This document shows, in pieces, positions 12,585 to 26,800 of a stretch of DNA of 64,000 nucleotides (positions within the stretch are counted from its first letter, which is position 1; each line of letters begins with the position of its first letter). A model generated the notes under the pieces. It was not told the DNA's origin, ran no database searches, and saw nothing but the letters and a program-made list of their open reading frames with translations. Position numbers and translations under genes: made by a program. This DNA is from Rhynchobatus australiae. Its lineage: Eukaryota. Location: assembly GCA_034780895.1 (NCBI GenBank), contig JAUZTB010000135.1:44886781-44950780 (forward strand), in the 5' to 3' direction.

Positions 12585-12702
12585 TGTGTGTGTGTGTGTG
12601 TGTGGGGGGGGGGGGTGTGCCTATGTCAACAGAAGATAAAGAACATCATGACGTTGTTGAAACAACCAGTAGGAGTCAGTCTGAAAGAGAGAGAGAGAGA
12701 GA
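12585..12702. repeat. (TG)n + poly-G and (GA)n microsatellites next to a gap
   Basis: Directly visible. Confidence 0.95.
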
Positions 12703-13290
12703 CAGAANNNNNNNNNNNNNNNNNNNNNNNNNNNNNNNNNNNNNNNNNNNNNNNNNNNNNNNNNNNNNNNNNNNNNNNNNNNNNNNNNNNNNNNNNNNNN
12801 NNNNNNNNNNNNNNNNNNNNNNNNNNNNNNNNNNNNNNNNNNNNNNNNNNNNNNNNNNNNNNNNNNNNNNNNNNNNNNNNNNNNNNNNNNNNNNNNNNNN
12901 NNNNNNNNNNNNNNNNNNNNNNNNNNNNNNNNNNNNNNNNNNNNNNNNNNNNNNNNNNNNNNNNNNNNNNNNNNNNNNNNNNNNNNNNNNNNNNNNNNNN
13001 NNNNNNNNNNNNNNNNNNNNNNNNNNNNNNNNNNNNNNNNNNNNNNNNNNNNNNNNNNNNNNNNNNNNNNNNNNNNNNNNNNNNNNNNNNNNNNNNNNNN
13101 NNNNNNNNNNNNNNNNNNNNNNNNNNNNNNNNNNNNNNNNNNNNNNNNNNNNNNNNNNNNNNNNNNNNNNNNNNNNNNNNNNNNNNNNNNNNNNNNNNNN
13201 NNNNNNNNNNNNNNNNNNNNNNNNNNNNNNNNNNNNNNNNNNNNNNNNNNNNNNNNNNNNNNNNNNNNNNNNNNNNNNNNNNNNNNNNNN

Positions 13291-14310
13291 ACTGAAAGCA
13301 AAAAGGATCCAAGGGAAAATGGCAAAATGGGTCCAAAACTGGCTCAGCAACAAGAAACAAAGGATAAATATTTGACAGGTGTCTTTGAATGGGAAGCCTG
13401 TTACATGTAGGGTTGCACTGGGCTCAGTTCTCCATCTTTTGCTGCTTGCTACATATAGAAGCCATTTAGACATATATGTAGCTAACATGATAACAAAGTT
13501 TGCAGGTGATACGAAAGTTGGCCATGTGTAGACTGCAGGAAACTGCTGATGGTTTGGCCAGGTGAGTACATAAAAAGGCAAATGAATTTAATCCAGAGGA
13601 TTGTGAGGCAATGCACTGGCAAGGTGCAACTAGGCAACCAAGAGAATTTGAGCGGTATGAAGAAGCAGAAGGGTTTTGGAGTGTATGCACACAAATCATT
13701 TAAAGTGCAGAACATCTCAATAAAATTGAAGAGGCAAACAGAATGCTTTCCTTTACTAGCCAAAGGTGAGAATATAAAATCATGGAGGTTATGCTTGAAC
13801 TGTACATGATGCCAGTGAGACCACGGATTGAGTACTGCATAAGTTCTGGTCACCACATTACAGGAAAGATGTGATTTGCTGGAGAAAGTGTAGAAGAGAT
13901 TTACAAAGGTGTTTCCAGGGCTTGCAAATTGTGGCCATGAACAAAGACGGGATAGTCTGGGGCTGTTTCTTTGGAAGAGAGGAGTCTGAGGGAAGACTTA
14001 ACTGAGGAGTATAACATTACAGGTAGCATAGATAGAGTGAGGGAGCATAAAGTATTTGGCAGTAGAATTAGAATACAGATGAGCATTTTATTTTTCACCC
14101 AGAGGATGGTAGTGGCCTTAAACTCACTGACTGAAAGAGAGGTACAGGCAGAAAACTTTAGTGCATTTAAATACTTATTTTAAAACAGTGATTGAAAAGT
14201 CATGATGTGTGGGGCTACAGGGCAAGTGCCGGATGGTGGGATTAGACTGGAAGCTTTTTTTTGACCGGTGCAGATAAAATGGGCCAAATCACACGTTTTC
14301 TATAATTCTA
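13291..14310 (+). mobile_element. CR1 LINE (RT to 3' end)
   Basis: IQGKMAKWVQNWLSNKKQR…GVALGSVL…KFAGDTKVG. Confidence 0.88.
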
Positions 14311-14574
14311 GGATTATCTGCAGTCAGGATCTGACATCAAGTATCAACAAAAAGCCCACAGTTATCCAGTCAACAATCTAAGTATAGGGGAAAATAGAAA
14401 CTATCCAGTATAAATGCTCCTGCTGGCAAAAGTGAAGCAGACATTTGTCATCAATAAATAATAGCCTGAGATAGTATATTCTGGACTTGTTTAGAAGTAT
14501 GTTCACAACATGGTAAATATGAAAATGCAAACAGTGAAATATCTGGTAGGTTCCAATACAATAAATTGGAGTAT

Positions 14575-16255
14575 CCTCACCTTAAGGCATCAGGACATCA
14601 CCAGTACCTGTTGTCCATTCTCAAATGCCATTGAGGGGTTGCTGGAGAGCCATATTCTTGAATGCAGTAGTCCATCTGGTGAAGGTTCTCCCATGGTGCT
14701 GTTGGGAAGGGACACTGGGATTTAGACCCAGCAGCGATGAAGGAACAGTGGTGTACTTCCAGATCAGGATGGTACACAGCTTGGAGGGGAACATGCAGGT
14801 GGTGGTGGTGCTATATTCCTGCTGCCCTTGTCCTCCTTGGCGTTAGAGGTTGCAGACTTGGAAAGCACTGTAAGAGTGGGTTACTAGAGAGCCACAGTGT
14901 ATTGCTAGTGAAAGAAATGAATGCTGAGTGGTATATGGGGTACCAGTCAAGTGGGCTGCTCGATCCAGAATGGTGTCAAGCTTTGTAAAAATTGTTGGTG
15001 CACCACTCATTCAGGCAAATGGAGATTATTCCATTTCTCCTCTGACTTGTACCTTGTGAATGATGGGAAGGCTTTTGGGCATCAGGAGGTGAGTTATGTG
15101 CAGCAGGATACCCAGCCTCTGACCTGCTATCAAAGCCAGGGCATTTATTTGGCCGGTCCAGTTGAGTTTCTGAGCAATGGTAATCACCAGGATATTGATA
15201 AGTGGGGGACTTGACAATGGCGATGTCACTGAATGTCAAAAAGTAGTGATTAAGTCTCTTTCTTAGTTGGAGATGGTCATTGTCTGGCATTTTTGTGGCA
15301 CAGATGTTACTTCCAACTTAACAGCTCATGTCTAAATGTCATTCAGGTCTTGCTCCACGTGGGCACAGACTGTTTCTCATTGAGGAGTTGGGAATGGAAT
15401 CGGACATTGTGCAATCATCAACAAACATTTCTGTCTCTGACCTTATGACAGAAGGGAGGTCATTGAAAAAGCAGCTGAAGGTGATTAGTCCCAAGACACT
15501 ACCCTGAGGAACTCCTCTGGGATAATTGGCCTCGAACATCCACAACTGTCTTCCTTTGTGTTAGGAATGACTCCCACTAGTGGAGTATTTGCACCACGAT
15601 GCCAATCGACCTCACTTTTACCATGGCTTCTTGATGCCACGGTCAGTGAAATGGTGCCTGGATGTCGTGTTGTCACTATCACCTTGCCTCACCCCTAGAG
15701 TTCAGCTCCTTGCTCCATGTTTGGACTGAGAGTATGATGAGGTTTGGAACTGAGCGGTGAAATCCAAACTGGATTAATGAGTAGGCTTCTGGTGAGTAAG
15801 TGTCACTTTATGGCACTCTCAACAACAACTTCCATTGCTTTGCTGATGATTGAGAGTGGACTGATGAAGCTGGATTGGATTGACCCTGCATTTTGTGAAT
15901 GTGACCTATCTGGGCAATCTTCCACATTATCAAGTAGATGGCTGTGTTGTAATCATACTGGAACAACTTGGTTAGTGGTAATATTCATTCGGAGTTGCGG
16001 GTACTCAGTACTATAGCTGGGGTGCTGTTTGGTACCATAGCCTTTGCTGTATCCAGTGTTCTCAGCTGTTTCCAATATGTGAAGTGAATCAAATTGGCTG
16101 AAGGCTGACTGCTGTGACGGTGGGGATCTCAGGAAGAAGTTGAAATGGATCATTTGCTTTGTACTTCAGTCTGAACATGGTTGTGAGTGCCTCAGTCTTG
16201 AATTTAGCATTCAGCCCCATTAGCTGTTTAATTGTCCACCACCATTCACAACTAG
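14575..16255 (-). mobile_element. CR1-group LINE (RT and 3' region)
   Basis: GVPQGSVLGLITFSCFFNDLPSVIRSETEMFVDDCT RT motif (ORF 15339-15545). Confidence 0.88.
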
Positions 16256-16289
16256 TTGGTACTTTCTGAGCCCTTAGGGGAGGTGGGAA

Positions 16290-16590
16290 TGGGATATCTA
16301 TTCCCATTCAACCCACTGAGTCTGCGCCAGCCCAAAGAGTAGTCCCATTCCTTCATTAATTTTCCTTGCGACCTATTATCTAGATGTTTCCATCTTAGCC
16401 ACACTAGGAGCAATTTACAATGGGCAATTAACCTACCAACCTGCATGTCTTTGGGATGTGGGAGAAAACTGTAGCACCCAGAGGAAATACAAGCAGTCGC
16501 AGGGTGAACATGCAAACTCCACACAGACAGCTCCGGAGGTCAGGATTGAACCCTGGTCACTGGAACTGTGAGGCAGTAGGTCCACTGGCC
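16290..16590 (-). mobile_element. HE1-like V-SINE
   Basis: tRNA head + tgtctgtgtggagtttgcatgttcaccc + tttctcccacatcccaaagacatgcaggttgg + CR1-like tail. Confidence 0.85.
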
Positions 16591-17189
16591 CAGCTGTAGA
16601 GTTTCCATCTCGTCCTTTGGTTGTGAAATCACTTAACTCTGTCTATGCCTACTACTTTTGCTTTATAGCATGTATGTCTATGCTGTTGATGTCCCAGTGT
16701 TGATCACAGAGTATTAAAATGTTGAAATGTGTTCAATCAAACCAGCAAAGCTGCTTGAGTCTACCAAAAACAATGTATCCAGGGTAGCAAGGGAGCCTCA
16801 TTTCAGAACTTAGAAACAGCTGTTTCAGAGCAATGCATGGACAATCATGGATATCCTGTTTAAGAACCAGAGGAGAAATAAACATTACAAAATAATCCTA
16901 GATGGATTCACAGGAAACAAACATATCCATTTCTAGTTAGATGGAAATGTAAGAGCTCCAATAGGAACTGAGCAAATTGTAACTGCCAACTACTGCTCAA
17001 CAATTTGCCAATAAACTGGAGAGGGAAATTGTGTCCAAAGACAGGACAAGTGCAGTGGAAAATGTATTAAGATCAACAGCAGAATTTTTAAAACATTTGA
17101 AGAGCAGGAGGTAATGATAAATTGAAGATGGATAAAATTATTTCCACATAATCTTTGAAAATCTTCTTCAAGTACAAGAGAAGGTAGTT

Positions 17190-17385
17190 ACTTTTAAAGT
17201 GGAAGTGGTCCTGTTAAGCAGATTAATGCAGCCTCCAGTTTGCACACAACAAGGTTCCACAAACAGCAAATGAGCAGATAGCTTGAGGGAATATTGACCA
17301 GAACATTGGGCACACTCAAATATTGGTATGGGATCCTTTACATCCAACAGGTGAGGCCTTGGTTCAACAAATCAAGTGAAAGAGG
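17190..17385 (-). mobile_element. Deu-domain SINE (SacSINE1-like) remnant
   Basis: gcacacaacaaggttccacaaacagcaaatgag…tgagggaatattgaccagaac…atgggatcctttacatcca pattern. Confidence 0.6.
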
Positions 17386-19269
17386 GAAGTGAGGACAGGT
17401 GAAGTTCAAAGAGAAAGAAATGCAAAAGTCAGTAGGAAAAAGCAAGGAAAAGAACTAAAGCGACGATGCGGAGAAATGGAAGCTGGAATGAAACAAAATG
17501 ATCGCAATTGCAAAATTTAAATTTCTCATGAGGAAATTAAAATGGTAAGCCACAGCAGAAATAAGATACTCTGATTTGCATGGTAGTGAAGTTGTGATAC
17601 AATAACTGTTATGAGAACCCATGCAAGGGCACTAATTTTCCTGTCTCTTTTCTTAGGAAAATCTATTTGACTCTGTAGGAGAGATAGTCAGTATGCCAAT
17701 GCTGAAACTGCTTACAGATGTCTGTTAGCTAAAGACACTGGGGGGGGGGGGTGCAGAATGAGTAGAAAGCTCTTCACCATTTGGAAGAAGAAATGATAAT
17801 GGGAAAATCCAGATAAATGAAAGAAGTGGATGTTTGAACACATTGTCAAAAAGAGAGGTTGTAGGAATGAGTGCTGACTGCAGAATTCTAACATTTGTTC
17901 CCCATGCTAACGAGGTACCAAGATAAGTCAATTAAAATGCTGAGGAAGCAGATCCAATAGTCATCTTCAAATGCAGATAAGCCTCCTCAAGAATCTCTGT
18001 GACAAATAGAATACGACATTAAGAACACTTTGTGTATTTGAAGCAGAAATCTGGATTAACAAAAATTTGGAACTCTGTTCCCAGATGTTTGAGTCATGTT
18101 TGTGAAGGAAGCATAAGACCAGAAACAGAATATTTACACTCTGATGTGTGCAGGTAAAAGCTGAAAGTAAGAGAGTGGCAGCTATGAGGGGGCAGACTGA
18201 CTATGTCAAAGCAGGGGCTAAAGGGCCAAATAGTGACGGTTAGATCTTCCTCTGGGTCCTTTACCTCAAATCTTTACATCATAACTTTTTTGAAGTGGGA
18301 GCTGATAATTTCATCATGAGAGCAAGAGGGTGCAGCTGTNNNNNNNNNNNNNNNNNNNNNNNNNNNNNNNNNNNNNNNNNNNNNNNNNNNNNNNNNNNNN
18401 NNNNNNNNNNNNNNNNNNNNNNNNNNNNNNNNNNNNNNNCAGCTGTGAGCTAGGTGAATCAACAGTGTATTTCCTTAACGGGTAAGATTTCAAGACTCAG
18501 GAAAGAAATGGAAACAGGACGGAGAGGATTGAGAATCAAAGTAGAGGAAAAGAAAAATCACATAGTGATAGAAAAAAAAGAGAAGGAAAGGTAAAATATG
18601 AAAAAAAAGAGATTTTAAGTTTGAGGTTTTTAATATCTTCTGTAACAATTGATTACATGCAAAAACGAAGCTGAATTATTTACATTGTTTCCTCTTAGGG
18701 ACAAAGATGATTGGCTGTATTAACACATTGCGTCATTAACAGCATCCTTGTGCTTTTAATTACCACGTTTGTCTGTGGCAAATTTAATGGGCAATTAAAA
18801 TGCAAATCCAGCAAATTCTTAAAAGTAAAAGGATGGCTAAGGGTGAGATGTTAATGTGTGAGTCAACTGGCAGGGCTCTGTAAATTAACCAGCACATTCA
18901 AGNNNNNNNNNNTTCAAGAGTTTCATGATGCACGGAATATCTCTTTCCCCCCCCCCCCCTATATTTATTCACTGAAACTATTCTTCATTTCACCAGCAAG
19001 ATCTTCGCAGTGTTACTTAGCATGACATTGGTTGGAATTAACATACAAATAAAGGATCAAGTCACTCTGAGTGAACCTTCCAGCTACCCTAAAACTACAG
19101 AAAAAAAACACCAAAGAGGTGTTTAAGCTTGAGGGAACATTGAGAAAAGAAAGTAAGGAAAAGAATCTCATTATTTAAGCATCGTGACTGAGGGACTGGA
19201 GGTCATGAAGACAATTAAACAAGGAGCATGAAAGTAACGTAGAAGATGAAAGTGGAGATGAAAGGAAGT

Positions 19270-19527
19270 CACACTGGGAACAGTAACAGTACACCACTAG
19301 GTCTTTTGGACATTTCTCCTGGTGCATCGGTTTCTTTCCACATACCAAAGATGTGCAGATTGCAGGTTGATTTACTACTATAAATTGTGTAAATTGCCCT
19401 TAATGTGCAGATGAGTGATAGAATTTGTGGGGTGAGGGGCGCTTTGATGGGAATGTGGGGAGAATAAAATGGGTTCGGATAGGATTAATGGCTACCTGAT
19501 GGTCAGCATGGACAGTGGGCTCTCTAT
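19270..19527 (+). mobile_element. HE1-like V-SINE
   Basis: ggtttctttccacataccaaagatgtgcag V-domain and tail. Confidence 0.7.
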
Positions 19528-19913
19528 ANNNNNNNNNNNNNNNNNNNNNNNNNNNNNNNNNNNNNNNNNNNNNNNNNNNNNNNNNNNNNNNNNNNNNNNN
19601 NNNNNNNNNNNNNNNNNNNNNNNNNNNNNNNNNNNNNNNNNNNNNNNNNNNNNNNNNNNNNNNNNNNNNNNNNNNNNNNNNNNNNNNNNNNNNNNNNNNN
19701 NNNNNNNNNNNNNNNNNNNNNNNNNNNNNNNNNNNNNNNNNNNNNNNNNNNNNNNNNNNNNNNNNNNNNNNNNNNNNNNNNNNNNNNNNNNNNNNNNNNN
19801 NNNNNNNNNNNNNNNNNNNNNNNNNNNNNNNNNNNNNNNNNNNNNNNNNNNNNNNNNNNNNNNNNNNNNNNNNNNNNNNNNNNNNNNNNNNNNNNNNNNN
19901 NNNNNNNNNNNNN

Positions 19914-20054
19914 AAGAGACTGCTAGATAGGTACATGGAGCTAAGTAAAATAGAGGGCTATGGGTAAGCAGAGTAATTTCTAGGGTAGGGACATGATTGG
20001 CACAGCTTTGTGGGCCGAAGGGCCTGAATTGTGCCGTAGTTTTTCTATGTTCTA
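19914..20054 (+). mobile_element. Young CR1 3' end
   Basis: …tgtgggccgaagggcctg…ttctatgttcta tail; close reverse-complement copy at 48975-49087. Confidence 0.8.
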
Positions 20055-21914
20055 ATTTATGAAGAAATTAATCAACAAACAAAAAAAGCCTGACAGCTGG
20101 AAATCTGCAGAGGTAATGCTCAATGTTCTTGATTGGGTGTTGTCAATAAACTAAAGATTGTGGGAATCAGTGTAATTCTGAATGGCTTTTTTTGGTGTAC
20201 TTGTGGATGGAAAAAATGGCCATTTTCTCATGATGTAGGTGAAGAGCTTGGGCACTACCCAGCCAAAGATTATTTTCGGGGTCAGGCATCTTAATTCTAC
20301 CACTATGAACTGGTGATCTCTCTCTTTGGAACTTGCCATGTGTGGTTCTAGTGAGTTGGGAATGATTTCTGTGAAGGTAAAAACATGCTAAAATGTTTGA
20401 TTTCCTCCTAACAGAAGAGAGACCAAGAATAGATCCATTTCTTTATCTAAAGCTCATCAAATAGCTGACATAGTGTGCCAACAAAGATTAAAAAAAAGAT
20501 GGGAGAAATCTGCCTCGAACACTTGCAGATCCATAATTGATACATGAGGAATACACTGAGTACTTTATTGAACTAATCATATGATTAACATTACTTATAA
20601 AGTTATGCAACTTTTATCATTGATACTATTGCAGAAAAGTCATTGCTCCAAGGATTAATGTTGAATTGAAATTTTCTCTTACAGCTCTGCTGTATTCTAA
20701 TTAATCTGCAAAGCCTTACTGAAAGAGGCTCCAGTTGAGTTTCTTAAATCCATTGTCAAGACCTTCAAAATCTTATCTTAATATGCCTATGCCAGGAATC
20801 TATCTGAAGAAGCCAGTGGCATTTATAAAGTTACAAAAATTGCAGTTAGTAATTAGAAACTCCAACCAGAGAGCACATATCAACAGAGCAATAACACTGG
20901 AAATGGTGTGTGTTGAGGTAAAAGAGTAGAGAATGCTGGAAATAACATGCAGCTATAGCAGCATCTGTGCAGAAGCTCTTTTGGGAGAAATGTGTATGGA
21001 GACTGATCTATCCCCTTCCCGCTGCAGTGTGAATCCATTTGTCTAATCACCTGGTAGTTTAATTTTCATAAACGATATCACACTGTTACCATTAGGTAAA
21101 TGCAAAAATTAAAAATTATCAGCATTCTGTTTCCCTGCAAAGGCATGAGTGGTTGGAAAATGTAAAAAAAAATGAAATTAAGATAGCAGTATTTGGGACA
21201 GTCTCTTTCATAAAACAGAGGATAATTATCCCCAGCAAATTTGTTTGAGAGAATTGCTCAAAAGCCAAAACAATATTGTGAATATTGATTACTGAACTTA
21301 CATTTTTCAGAGAACTTTATTAGAACTATTATGTACATTTGGCCTTGAGACTGCATGTAATTATTGGTGTGTGGGGTGTGGAAATCTTCAGCATCAGTGT
21401 TAGATCAGTATTAATTTGCATGTTTGAAGCAATGTCAGGTCTTGGTGATGATTGGTATTTCCTTTCTTTCTATTGGATACCTTAGCATCCATTGAAGAAT
21501 TTTCAGTGTTTCCTAATTGTATATTAATATATTCCTGATTTCTATATGTGAGGGAGCAAAAACTGATTCCTACAATATTGTTGCAATATTCAGAATTATG
21601 ATACTCCAGCATGTCATTGAATGTGGTGTGGCTTTGACCTGGTTAGAATGGAAATTAATGTGAAATGATACATTTTTACAAAGGAAGGGGTTCATGATGA
21701 AAGACAATGAATTGTGCTTCAGTCAATTGGCTTGCTTTTGCTGACAACAGTAAAGAAAATTGTACAGAACATTCTCAAATTGAATTATTCAGCTCAGAAA
21801 CAATTGGAAAAGCTAAACAATGCAACTAGTTACCCTAGATTTTGATCTAATAATGCATTGAAATGCAATGGAGGTTAGATATTGGCAATCTGGATTTTTG
21901 CAATTAAAGATAAA

Positions 21915-22080
21915 CAGAAAGACATGCATTTATATAGCAGCACTCCTAACCTCAGGATATCCTAAGGCACTTTACAGACCATTCACAAGCAGCTGTGTGG
22001 TAATCATCAGATTATCTGTTTTAATGAGTGTTGACTGAGGGATAACCATTAACTAGGGCACCATGGATAATGCCTTTGCA
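21915..22080 (-). mobile_element. Deu-domain SINE with L2-type tail
   Basis: tgcatttatatagc…cctcaggatatcctaaggcactttaca…ttgactgagggataa. Confidence 0.6.
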
Positions 22081-22544
22081 GTGTACTACTATTTATAACA
22101 AAATCGAGCATATAGGGTATCAAAGCTGTAACAGCAATGATCCTTTCAAAATCTCAACTGATAAATGATTTGTTGCCCCATCTCCAGCACATCTCATCTT
22201 GTCCAGATGGCTTTAATACATTAAATGCAGCCATGCCCAAATCAGTTCCACTTAAAGATCCCAAAACTGATGCAGTGAGCAGTAATGCTGTTTAATCTGC
22301 TTTCTGAAGTACTTTATCCAACCCTTTCATTGTCCCAGTGCTGATCCATTATAGAGGCAGAGTGCAGGCAGTGCCAGTCACAGGAGTTTACTGAAAGATT
22401 CACCTGCCTTTGAAATTGTGCTGAGAAAGCAATTGGGCCAAGACATATGAGTAAATAGAAACTTTGGGGATATGGTGTTTCTTATCCATTTAATGCCAGA
22501 CAGATTAAACGGGGGAGTGTCAGTGGCAGCCTGTCCAATTTCTT

Positions 22545-22706
22545 TCCTAAACCCCTCCATCTCTCAACCTCTCTCTTCCTTAAATTCCACCTCTTTGACT
22601 AAGCTTTACTAAATATTTTGTTTAGCTTTGGTGTCAAATGTTGCTCTTGTGTAGCACCTTAGGATATTCAATGCATTAGAAGTGATATATAAATGCAAGT
22701 TGTTGA
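22545..22706 (+). mobile_element. L2 LINE 3' end
   Basis: cctctttgactaagctttt…gcaccttaggat…tatataaatgcaagttgttg tail. Confidence 0.6.
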
Positions 22707-22719
22707 CATTGAATTGTCT

Positions 22720-23830
22720 TGGCTTCAGGGGTAATGGCATCTGGAGCTGATGGTCATTTACCTGATAAATCTCATTTGAATATTAACTATAATTTTACAG
22801 TTCAGTGGTCGAGCCAGACATTTGGCAGGGGTTGCAGAGTGTCCTGCCATCATACCTCATTATATTTGTGGAATGCTTATTCTAATTTACAGGTCGTTCT
22901 ATGTTATACAATGGAAAGTGTTTACTTTTTCATCTGTGGATCAGGCATTTCATCTTCTGTGGTTTATCAGATACAACTTAGAGTTAACCACAGACATTAG
23001 GGATGATCAAATCCAGGGACCCTCACTATTGGATCTATCACATGTTGTTTGTTTCGATGTGAATTCCATTCGGTTTTCCAAACTTCATTAGGATTAGAAC
23101 CTAATCCTAGGTTTCAAGTCAAGTTGTCAGTCCAGAGGGCTTGTGAATCTTAAGTGTCGGTGAGGGGTCTTGTTGCAGTCCTGATGTATGGGGAGATATT
23201 TGTTCTCGTTAATGTGTTGGACTTCCCATCATGTTTGGCTTTTACTGGTTGGAATGAGGATCAATATCTGAGAGCTTGGGCAGCCAGGGTGTTGAGGATA
23301 ACCTAAGGAACCCAGTGATACCTTGCATTGCAGTGTATCATTGTTTGTCAATCGTGTGATTATTCTGGTGCATCATACTCTGTACACAGTACTCAAGAGC
23401 ACATTTTGTAGTCTGTAGCACTGATGCTGATGCTCCCCAAGTTGTGCTTGCTGGGGGTTTCTGGACCAGTTTGATCTTTGTCTTCTTCTTAACAGCCTCT
23501 TCTTCAGGGTGGCCTTGAAAGATTAGTATGTAGTCAGCTTTTGGGATAAGCTTAGCCATCCTGTAATCAAGATGGAATGCAGTGACTTTGTTTTGTGTGC
23601 TGGTTGGTTTGAGTCTCCATTTCTAGCTACATTCCTCCATGGTATTTAAATCAATGGATTTGATGTCACTGATACTTCCATTACCATGGCAAAGTCATTC
23701 ACATCTGCACATTTGTGAGTCTTTGTGGCAGCATTCTGCCTGTACGCTTTAAAGAGGATTGGTATGAGTACCTAGCCTTGTGCTAATCTAGTGTTGAGGA
23801 GCTAGAGTGAACTGACTTTGGCACCCAAGT
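22720..23830 (-). mobile_element. Vingi/Ingi-like (I-group) LINE, decayed RT and C-terminus
   Basis: LAQG*VLIPILF…WRLKPN…STTWGASASVLQT…ALEYC…AMQGITGFLR…PWLPKLSDI. Confidence 0.7.
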
Positions 23831-26800
23831 AGGCACATTGCTGCCCATTGCTCTGCATTGTCCATAGCATACAGTTGGAGGCAGGTCACTGCAAGTGTTA
23901 CTAACTGGGCACACAATTACTGTAAGAACAGTAGGAGGTGGGAGGGTGATATTTCATGAATGGAGATATTTTAATGCTGAATCACTGCTTCTGTTGATCT
24001 GTAAACCAGTTATTCATTCTGACGAGTCAAATAAGCAGTACCATACATTTCCTCTGTATTTAAGTGCTGGTTCCTTCAGACAATTAGTCAGTTGAGAAAC
24101 TGAAGTTGTTTTAATTATAAATTGATGTTTTAAATCATGAAAGGTATACTCACAATATGTTAAAGTTATTGAATCATACAGACCTTTTGGCCAATTGTCT
24201 AGCATCCATTTACACTAGTCCTACATGAATCCCAAACAGTGTTACAAATTCCACTCTGAGATGATCCAATCATTAAGTGGATCCAGTGCAAAAATAACTG
24301 GTAGAGAATATTATGTGCAAGTACATGACTCAAGCTTAGCTAGTCTGAGCGCCTGAATAAAGTTAGACATAGTACACCCCAATCCATCGGAGATCATTTT
24401 GACTTTGAACAGCAGTACAAAATGGGCAATATCAACTCGCTCACATTAAACACCTCTCTAGATTTTTATTTTCAGTGGAATTAATAGGACAGATGGTTGA
24501 ATCAATATTGCCAATTTTATACAATAAATCAAGATCACAAAAATTTCCACAGTTAAATAGGTCAATGCAATCCTTAAAAAAAATTGCAAAGTCTTGTTCC
24601 TTAAAATGCAGTCACAGAACAGGAACTGCTGGTTCAGATGTAATTTGGAAATGAAACTTCCAAAATGGAACACATTGTCAGGATCAAAATGTCAATGTGC
24701 ATATTTATCTAAACAAATCAGCTTCACCAAGATTGTTGTCATATACAGTGGTTGAAGTGTCATTTGCAATGAAGATTAACCACATTTTACATGATGAAAG
24801 TATCATTATTTCATAGACAACTAACATTGTTATTAAGGAAAGAAAATAAGCAAAAAAAAGTTTTAAATTCTCTTTGTTGGAGCTGATGAGTTCCATTCTG
24901 GAAATTGCTTCCCTGCTCTCATAATCATGCACAAGACTGATTCTTTTCCCCATCCAAAATGTTTGCTCACAAATGTTGGCCATCACTCTCTTGATGTATG
25001 CTGGTCACAGATTTCTTTCCAATTACAGTACTCGACTTCATCCAATGAGTCAGTTGTCCTGGACTAGAACCTTGTTGGATGGGAGGTCAACAAGATATCA
25101 GCCTAGTCTCCCTATCCATGATAACTTCAATTCTTAATTTTAATAAATATGTTATTTCTTGAAGACGCAGTGGATCATTGATCAAGGTATCCATTGTAAC
25201 TGAATTATGTGTCCTTGGGTACAGGATTATTTTGTGCTTGACCACATGTTACAGAAGTGACACCAACCATTGAGTANNNNNNNNNNNNNNNNNNNNNNNN
25301 NNNNNNNNNNNNNNNNNNNNNNNNNNNNNNNNNNNNNNNNNNNNNNNNNNNNNNNNNNNNNNNNNNNNNNNNNNNNNNNNNNNNNNNNNNNNNNNNNNNN
25401 NNNNNNNNNNNNNNNNNNNNNNNNNNNNNNNNNNAATACCTTGGATGTACTCTGAATCACAGTGGAGAAGAAACAAATGAGTGCCCTTCTAGAAATGATC
25501 AGGCAATGGAATCTCATTGATAAGACCTAAAGAGTTCCCTAATTAATGGTATAAACTCGCATCTCTCTCCAGAAGTGAGATAAGAATGAAATACTCTGGA
25601 GCATTCACCATTGATTAGCAGCACAATGTGGCTTTGTTTCATTCATTATTTTACAGTGCAACTTGAGGACACAGCTCCAGTAAGCAGGTGACAGTCCAAA
25701 CAGAAACCAGCAGTCACTATTCTTTTGAGATTTTCCTTCCATAGATATAAAATATAATCATTCCCAATCTGTTTCAGAAGGTTAACAAGGTCTCACATAT
25801 TAAACATTAAATTATTACAAATGCTTTTTTCACTGTGATGTACATAACTGAAGAATTGAAATGGAGATTGGTACTATCTATGCGATTTTTCCATAGTGTG
25901 CTGTTTTTGACATGCGTTTGATCATGATTATACTTATATTTATGGGTCTTATTTAATTGTAATTAGAACTTCCTTTTTCCAGCTCCATCCCTATGATCAT
26001 AATATCTGATTCCCAGTTGTTGTCAAGCTTTTTTCCTTCAACATTTCCTGCTCTGTTACTCTCTTCAATGCATTTACATTATTTTTGCCATCCATGCATT
26101 CAAAATGTTGCTTGTTGTCAGTCTGAAGAGCTCTTGAGATAATCTAGAGTGTCGATGCAATCTGATGTACTTTTAATCTTTAAATCTTGTCTAATGACAC
26201 AGCAGGAATTTCAAATGTTGTAAATCATGGGCTTAGAACACGGACATAAAATTAATTTCAAGCAGAGTTCACTGATATCCGTTGTGTTAACACTAGCTTC
26301 AACCTGTGAATGCTGGTTCTTTTCAGAAATGTGAATGAATGACATTGGGAATTCACTGAGTTAAATGAAATCCCAAAGTCTATTGCTTCCTAGGTTAGTT
26401 GAAAAAGTCCACTATTTCAACAAAAAGCCTATAGAGCGCAAAGCTTGTTCAATCTCCTTCACTGTCTCTTTTTCTCTGAACAAAGACACATTCAGTCTTG
26501 TGGCAAATTTGAACTACATTCTGTTTATATTTATGATGCATTTTGAAAAATAACCTTGTGTCATGGGTTGCAATTAAAAGAAAAGTCCTTTGTATGTGAA
26601 CTCTATCGTGGTCTTGTCCATTCTGTTTACACTTTAATCCCTGCTGTCACCATGGTAACATGTCTTGTAAATCATTTTAACAGGTTAGCATACTGAGTTT
26701 AGTGTGATCAGAAAAGTAACAACCACCTCCCTGATTGCATCTAATGCTACAAAAACAAAGGTAATATCTGAAAACTACCTTGCAAATATGATCCATTATT

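Noticed and set aside
12566-13581. Long ORFs in the track spanning X runs (also about 19400-19967, 31537-31936, 38299-38898, 59803-60163)
   Set aside because: Artefacts of translating through N gaps.
18333-18446. cagctgt repeated on both sides of a gap (possible TSD)
   Set aside because: Gap content is unknown; cannot be distinguished from an assembly overlap.
24705-24986. 93-aa ORF with faint likeness to transposase or viral polymerase motifs
   Set aside because: No diagnostic motif could be confirmed by eye; needs tBLASTx/HMM.
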